Positions 58,216 to 64,000 of a stretch of 64,000 nt of DNA are shown here, piece after piece. The DNA comes from Geopsychrobacteraceae bacterium (lineage in GTDB: Bacteria > Desulfobacterota > Desulfuromonadia > Desulfuromonadales > Geopsychrobacteraceae), in contig OY759353.1 of assembly GCA_963662315.1 (NCBI GenBank), positions 992,001 through 1,056,000 of the forward strand. Direction: 5' to 3'. The position numbers and the translations under genes were made by a program. The stretch's first letter is position 1; the number at the start of each line of letters is the position of its first letter. Under the pieces are notes generated by a model. It worked only from the letters and a program-made list of their open reading frames with translations. It had not been told where the DNA came from and did not search any database.

Positions 58216-61200
58216 TCAGAATTCAAACTGATAGATCAAATCAACGGCACTGCTCAAACCGGAAACGGCTTCAAGATATAAATTTTTCACCAGACGGTAA
58301 CGCAAGGTAAATTCACCAACGGAATTGAAAAGACCGACACCATACTTTACCTTCAGACCGGGCAGGACATAACCACTGACCGTGACCTGAGAATCATCGC
58401 CAGAACCGGCGGTATCCAACTCGAGGTCCTGTATACCAACAGCCTGTCCGATATCGCTGACAATGCGACCAGTTTGCGACAGGCTTAAACCGATCAATGT
58501 CATTGTCATCGAATTGTCGCCACCATCGGCACCAAGATCCTTCCCGCGCAAAAGATAAGACAGAGCATTGGCCTGAGCCATGGCCGGGTCAGAAAACACA
58601 GCTATTCGCGGGTTGTCCGCAGGGCCGCTCACCCGGAGTCCTGCAGTAACTTCATTTTCAATGTTTTCAGGATTGCGGATTGCGGTAATGGCAACACTGG
58701 GTTTTGAAAGCGGACCATTGAACATAACATTTCCCTGCTGGATAATAAGATCCTGTCCAAGGGAACGGTAGGTTCCGTCGAGTATAGCGACATCACCGGT
58801 AACAAATGGGGCATTGTCCTTTTGTACAATTTTCAACAGACCTTGTAATCGCCCTTTGAGTCCAAAGGCGGAAAGACGAAGTTCATCGCCAATCTGTACT
58901 TCTATATTGGTATCCACATTAAAGGGCATTGAACGATTCTGAACAGGTGTGCCGGTCGCATCAACAATCACCTGGTCTTTTGATACGGTAACAGCAGATT
59001 CAGGCAGGTCTTCAATCTCGATTAATCCGCTAGGGATTTTTACTCGGCCAACAATCCTCGCGCTACCTGGCCTGAAGTGCAAATCAAGATCAGGAACAAC
59101 CTTCATCTTTACGATGGGGGGCACATTGACATTCAGCCCCTGGGCTGTGACATGACTGTTTACTGTCCATTGTGATAAATCCTGCCAATCCGCATCACCA
59201 CTGAGGTTAAGATCGCCATCCGGGGTTTGAATATAACCGAACAGGTCGATTGCGTAACCGTTAAATACGAGCTTCATCTCCCCCTTATTGATCGCTACAG
59301 GTAACATTTCTCCGGAGGCATTCATGTCTTTGACCGTGAGAATACCGATAACCTGAGGTTGCAATACGTGCCCGCTTAGCTGCAGGTCACCGTCGATTAC
59401 AGCATGCACCTGCGCATTTTCGCCAAGTAATGGTTTAAGAAAATCGATATTGATCTGATCAAGCGTTAGTGCCCCTTGCAGCTGTTTGTCCTTTGCTTTG
59501 ACATCTGCAATTTCGGCTTGCAGCACGACCTGACCATTATCTGCCAGGTCTACGGCAAGCTGGCTGCTCAACTGCCCGTCTTTCAACCGTCCCTGGACAC
59601 TGATATTGTCCCAACCGACAGCCATTGGCTCCTTTTGCTGGATAGTCACCTGCCCTTTGGCAACCGTAAAAGCTCCTGAAGCAGAAAGTTCCTGGCCTGT
59701 ATGCCAATCAATTTGTGCGCTCCCTGTGATGCCCCCTTCAGCGCTGACATTCTCATCGGGTAACCACTTTTCCACGGTTTTGAGGTTTAGATTTTTTAGT
59801 GAAAAGGACGCAGAAACACCCTGCGCCGATATAGAGGTGAGCTGGTTCAAACAGAGAGATGCATCGGCAAGCGCCCAACAATGACTGCCTAAATCGACCT
59901 TAGCGCTTGCAACATCAGCGTTTATGCTGACATGGTCCAGAAGCACCAGGGTTTCATTGTCATGGACCAATTGCATGTCTGTCAGCGTGCCTGACCACTG
60001 AGAAAAGGCATCACTGAAACCACCACGCATTCTGAGTTGGCCGGTCCCCTCTGGCACCACAGCAGACAGGATCACTGAATGATCATCAACGCTGCCAGAA
60101 ATATCTAGCTGCAAGGAATCAATGCCCTGCCCCTGTACAATAGCAGACCCAACAGTTGCCTGTAACTTACCCTTAGGATGAATGATAGACGCAATAGAAC
60201 CACTCAATGTTACAGTCTCGGCCTGGAAAACATCCTGCCATTTGAAATAAGCTGCGGACAGGTCCAGATCGGCGAAGGGAGAATCAGGTTTTCCTGTCAG
60301 TTGAATGTGCCCTTTAACTCGCCCCTCAGCTTGATCAAAGGACTTGGCCAGATCAACAATATCGACATCAAGCGTCAAATCTAAGCTATCGGTAACATTA
60401 CCGGCCACCGATACCTGGTTGGGCCCATGCTGAATAACTAACTTCTGAGTTGAAGCAGCAAATCCCATCTCAGTAGGCTCAGAATGAGCACGTATCTGCC
60501 CTTTAGCAATCAGCGGATAGTTTTCGATTTTGCCGCTGATGTCCAGCTGCCCCACCTCAACGGCCCAACGCCCGTCCCGGTAAATATTCGCATTGCCCGC
60601 GACCTCGCCACTGAGCGTCCCCTCGGCCTCGGGGAAAAAGAGTCCGGGCCAGAAGTTATCCAGGGCCAATTGAGCGGTCAGTGTCACGTCATGCCGCCAA
60701 TCGGCATGGAGATCCCCCCTCACATAGCTGGAAGAGGATTCCAGTTCCATACGGGTCAGATTGACTGAATTCAGGGTGCCTTCACCAAGCATTGAGACAG
60801 ACAGATCCGGGAATTTGTCCCCTTTCAATAGACCTTTAAAATCAAAGGAATAATTTTGCAAATCCCCATGTGCTTGTAGGGTATCGCTATTCAGATAATA
60901 TTGGGCTTCGCCAATGAAAGGCCAACGCCCACTGCTAGCATGCGCTTTGACCTCAAAAGGAAGATTATCCTGGGTCAGAGAAATATGGGATTTAAGATTG
61001 GTTTTAAAGACGCCGTCAGCGACGCCAGTGAGATGGAGGTCGGCCAGGCTTCCGACCACACTGACGCGAACAGTTTGACCTTTGAGCGGCGCCTTCAGGT
61101 AGCGAGCATCCAAAACCAAAGATAGTGGATAAACGCCCTGCAGTGAAACGCGACCATGAGCAGAGACTTCTGCTTCTGATGTAGACACATGGAAACGCTG

Positions 61201-61983
61201 CAGGTCGATATCACTGTTACGGGCTGTTCCTTCCATAGCTATATGGGCAACTGAGTAGTCAGTAGAGCCCTGAATAATCCGGACATCCGTAAAAGATAAA
61301 TCAGCGACGCCAAGATCAAGCGGTAGCTGAATTTCGGGTAATGACAGTCCACTGAAAACAGGTTTTTGATCATCAGTAGGTCCTGCCACCGGGGACAGCC
61401 GAGCAGATTGATCTTTGCTCACCGGTAGATTAAGCGTCAGTCCTTGCCACTTAGTTGGCAATAAAAGCAATTCACTGTTCGTCCAGCTTAAGCCGCCTGC
61501 AAAAGATTGCCAGCTAAGGGAGTTATCATCATCAACGCTGACAGAGATATCATTCAGGCCCAGTCGGTTAACCTTGAGCGGCACAGGGATAGACAGGCGT
61601 TCACCGTTCGAGGGCGTATCCTTATTGCCTCCAGCACTGCCGTGCAGCTCAAAAACCACACCGTCGACCTGCAATTCGTCAATACAGATGGCGGGCTGCA
61701 ACAGACACCCAAGATCAGGGTTAACAGATAAAAACCTAACCTCAACCTTGAGTTGCTTTTGCTCATCGCTATAAGCAACTTCCTGCAGGGTAATGCCAGT
61801 GCCCACGGTACCTTCGATTTTTCCGACCGAAAGTTTTGGTAAAATCCTTTGTACTCCCCAGACCATTAATTTCGGGCCGACCGGGGAATACAACAGAGCG
61901 GCTGTAGTGAGCAGAACGACAGCCATCACCGCGATAAGGCTTAGGAATAGCCATTTACCCCATGCTGAAAGACAAGCCTTCAT
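58216..61983 (-). CDS. tamB: Translocation and assembly module TamB
   Basis: N-terminal TM; DUF490 C-terminus (ALSYLLRG...VKYGVG...LRYRL...LYLEAVSG...DLIYQFEF). Confidence 0.95.
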   Translation of the reverse strand: MKACLSAWGKWLFLSLIAVMAVVLLTTAALLYSPVGPKLMVWGVQRILPKLSVGKIEGTVGTGITLQEVAYSDEQKQLKVEVRFLSVNPDLGCLLQPAICIDELQVDGVVFELHGSAGGNKDTPSNGERLSIPVPLKVNRLGLNDISVSVDDDNSLSWQSFAGGLSWTNSELLLLPTKWQGLTLNLPVSKDQSARLSPVAGPTDDQKPVFSGLSLPEIQLPLDLGVADLSFTDVRIIQGSTDYSVAHIAMEGTARNSDIDLQRFHVSTSEAEVSAHGRVSLQGVYPLSLVLDARYLKAPLKGQTVRVSVVGSLADLHLTGVADGVFKTNLKSHISLTQDNLPFEVKAHASSGRWPFIGEAQYYLNSDTLQAHGDLQNYSFDFKGLLKGDKFPDLSVSMLGEGTLNSVNLTRMELESSSSYVRGDLHADWRHDVTLTAQLALDNFWPGLFFPEAEGTLSGEVAGNANIYRDGRWAVEVGQLDISGKIENYPLIAKGQIRAHSEPTEMGFAASTQKLVIQHGPNQVSVAGNVTDSLDLTLDVDIVDLAKSFDQAEGRVKGHIQLTGKPDSPFADLDLSAAYFKWQDVFQAETVTLSGSIASIIHPKGKLQATVGSAIVQGQGIDSLQLDISGSVDDHSVILSAVVPEGTGQLRMRGGFSDAFSQWSGTLTDMQLVHDNETLVLLDHVSINADVASAKVDLGSHCWALADASLCLNQLTSISAQGVSASFSLKNLNLKTVEKWLPDENVSAEGGITGSAQIDWHTGQELSASGAFTVAKGQVTIQQKEPMAVGWDNISVQGRLKDGQLSSQLAVDLADNGQVVLQAEIADVKAKDKQLQGALTLDQINIDFLKPLLGENAQVHAVIDGDLQLSGHVLQPQVIGILTVKDMNASGEMLPVAINKGEMKLVFNGYAIDLFGYIQTPDGDLNLSGDADWQDLSQWTVNSHVTAQGLNVNVPPIVKMKVVPDLDLHFRPGSARIVGRVKIPSGLIEIEDLPESAVTVSKDQVIVDATGTPVQNRSMPFNVDTNIEVQIGDELRLSAFGLKGRLQGLLKIVQKDNAPFVTGDVAILDGTYRSLGQDLIIQQGNVMFNGPLSKPSVAITAIRNPENIENEVTAGLRVSGPADNPRIAVFSDPAMAQANALSYLLRGKDLGADGGDNSMTMTLIGLSLSQTGRIVSDIGQAVGIQDLELDTAGSGDDSQVTVSGYVLPGLKVKYGVGLFNSVGEFTLRYRLVKNLYLEAVSGLSSAVDLIYQFEF

Positions 61984-63689
61984 AATTCAGGCCCCAGGGT
62001 AAAGTGGATTTTAAACTGATCTCCAGGGTCTGAATCGAGACCCCAGGCAAAATCGAGGCGTAGCGGCCCCAAGGGCGATATCCATCGCAACCCAAAACCG
62101 ACGCCACGCTTCCATTCGGGCCGATCGTTGAAAGCGTCGCCGTAATCATAAAAAATAGCCCCCCACCATTTACCATAGATTCGATATTGGTATTCAAGAC
62201 TTGAGGTTGCCAGATACTTGGCTCCGGTTAATGCTCCGGACGAATCTCTCGGGGAGATGGATTCATAATCGTAACCACGAATGCTGTTGTCTCCACCGGC
62301 AAAAAAACGTAAAGACGGAGAGACCCGGCTAAACTCAGCGGCGAAATCAGCTCCACCGGCCAAACGCAAAATTCCGCGATGATTCTCACCATAAGAACGG
62401 ATCCACGAGGTCCCGGCCTGAAGACGCAACAAGTCCGTTTCGGAAAAAAGCGTTTCATTCCCATATTCCAGGGTAATCGTTTGTTCATCCCCCCAGGTTA
62501 TGAGTTGATTCTGTCCTGTTCGGACCCGGGTCCGGGACAAAGTTCCACCAAGAAGAACAAACTGGCCAACATCATCTAAAACCCCCTGTTCGTAATTTTC
62601 AATCAGGTAACGGATAAAAAGGGTTTTATTCCAGCCTTTATCCTGCAACCAGTGGCGCTCCAAAGACAGATTTGACGCCAGGCTCTGGGTATCAAGATTA
62701 TCGACCTTCTGCAAGCCATATTGAACCTGATAGTATTCATGCAAGCTATCGTCCAGGGGAATCTTGTAGCCAGCGGTAATCGATTGTTTTGGATAAGACA
62801 GGGAAAAATCACTGGTAAAGCTATGTCCCTGGGCATTCAGCCAGGGTTTGGTCCACGCCAATGAACCACGAATACCTTCATCCGTGGAATATCCGATCCC
62901 CGTTTCGAGCAGATTTTTTGCTTGGGGGGTAACAGTAACCTCGATGGGCAGTTGGGTGTCTTGATCCAGTTGGGAAAAATCGGGTTCGACAAGAACAGAA
63001 GAGAACCAGTTTGAAGATGACAGATTCTGGCTAAAATCACTCACCTTACTCATACGGTAGGGTTCACCGGCTTTGAAGCGTTGCATAGACAACACCCTGT
63101 CGGCATCAATCTGACTCCCGTGCAGGGTCGTTTGCCCAAACTGGTAACGCTTGTTGCTATTGTAGTGAAGTGAAATTCTTGCCTGATTTGTTTCTGGCGA
63201 GACTTCAATCCTGTTCAGTTCAAATTTGCCGTTGAAATACCCCTTTTCCAGTGCGAGTGTTTGCACTTTCGACTTAAACTCATCATAATCCTGATGACTC
63301 AGCCGTACTCCTTGCTTTAGACGACTCTCTTTAAAGAGGTTAATAAAGTCACTGTCTGTTTTCGCAGCACCAGTCAGGTTCAAATCTAGCATGGTGATTA
63401 TCATAGGAGGGCCGGGCTGAACATGAACTGTCAGTTTGTCAGCTTCGGTGACAAATTGAATGTCAGGGTTATAATAGCCAAGCGCATTGAGAGCGCTGGT
63501 AATTTTCCTTTCCAGTCGCGCCTGAAAGTTTAGTTGGGTGGAATAGTCAGATTCGGGAATGGATTCAAGGTAAAGATTGACATTTTTTTTCAACTCTCCA
63601 TTCAAACCGGTAATCTTGAGAGGTGTTGCAGCAAAGCCTGCCAGTGTGGTCAAAAGCAGCGTCATGCAGATGAGAAGAGTAATTTTCAT
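61980..63689 (-). CDS. tamA: Translocation and assembly module TamA (Omp85)
   Basis: POTRA domains, RFFAGGDNSIRGY, RWISPLGPLRLDFA, LGPEL; alternative start 63746. Confidence 0.95.
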   Translation of the reverse strand: MKITLLICMTLLLTTLAGFAATPLKITGLNGELKKNVNLYLESIPESDYSTQLNFQARLERKITSALNALGYYNPDIQFVTEADKLTVHVQPGPPMIITMLDLNLTGAAKTDSDFINLFKESRLKQGVRLSHQDYDEFKSKVQTLALEKGYFNGKFELNRIEVSPETNQARISLHYNSNKRYQFGQTTLHGSQIDADRVLSMQRFKAGEPYRMSKVSDFSQNLSSSNWFSSVLVEPDFSQLDQDTQLPIEVTVTPQAKNLLETGIGYSTDEGIRGSLAWTKPWLNAQGHSFTSDFSLSYPKQSITAGYKIPLDDSLHEYYQVQYGLQKVDNLDTQSLASNLSLERHWLQDKGWNKTLFIRYLIENYEQGVLDDVGQFVLLGGTLSRTRVRTGQNQLITWGDEQTITLEYGNETLFSETDLLRLQAGTSWIRSYGENHRGILRLAGGADFAAEFSRVSPSLRFFAGGDNSIRGYDYESISPRDSSGALTGAKYLATSSLEYQYRIYGKWWGAIFYDYGDAFNDRPEWKRGVGFGLRWISPLGPLRLDFAWGLDSDPGDQFKIHFTLGPEL

Positions 63690-63854
63690 AAACAGTGGCC
63701 GGCTCAAAATCAAGTGGCTGCGAGTTAGGTACGAATACAGTAACATTATTCGAGTATTTAAAAAAGTTCCGGTTCAATTATGCCTGAATGCAAAAATATG
63801 TAGGCAAGGATGATAAGATACTTTTAAATCTGACCGATAACAAAGGGAAAGCAC

Positions 63855-64000
63855 ATGGCACAATTTATAAAAAATCCAACTATCGTCCCGGCGGCGGGTC
63901 ATCCGCCCAAAACAATCGAAGAATACATCGGCCGCGTCAACAGCAACACAAACAGTGTCAGCATTGCCCGAATGCAAAGTCCAGGCGGCTGGGTAGAGCC
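63855..64000 (+). CDS. Cupin-domain protein, partial
   Basis: MAQFIKNPTIVPAAGHPPKTIEEYIGRVNS...SIARMQSPGGWVE runs off the window. Confidence 0.7.
   Translation, partial: MAQFIKNPTIVPAAGHPPKTIEEYIGRVNSNTNSVSIARMQSPGGWVE

Overview
Bacterial chromosomal accessory region; the gene content suggests an anaerobic deltaproteobacterium, possibly Desulfuromonadales (inference). (1) 1-17.2 kb, minus strand: a self-contained type IV filament operon. It contains a small leader protein, a structured leader, three large prepilins, PilMN/O/P-like proteins, PilT, PilB, PilC, a secretin with an extra C-terminal DUF3438-like domain, an outer-membrane barrel, MoxR, DUF58 and a partial downstream gene. (2) 17.6-29.2 kb: an iron-limitation cluster with a Rid-like protein, imelysin, two flavodoxins, a Cys-rich Crp/Fnr regulator, feoAB, and duplicated DUF4198 and His-terminal secreted proteins. 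Six CRP-type boxes at class II spacing tie blocks 1 and 2 together; two Fur boxes are also present. (3) 29.5-31.7 kb: HD-GYP and GGDEF genes. (4) 31.8-43.2 kb: a sugar/uronate island (GH3, ROK, uxuB, uxuA, GntR, GH2-malectin) bracketed by two decayed RAYT-like transposase copies, followed by a PAS-MCP. (5) 45.3-55 kb: an integron cassette array with no integrase in this window. Its attC sites are invaded by RT-less group IIC-attC intron shells carrying tandem hairpin repeats and by deleted IS1111-type elements that keep their non-coding (seekRNA/bridge RNA) end. Cassettes include EVE-HNH and PD-(D/E)XK-like nucleases. (6) 55-58.2 kb: small cassette-like genes including an orphan tail-tube gene. 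(7) tamB, tamA and a partial cupin gene.
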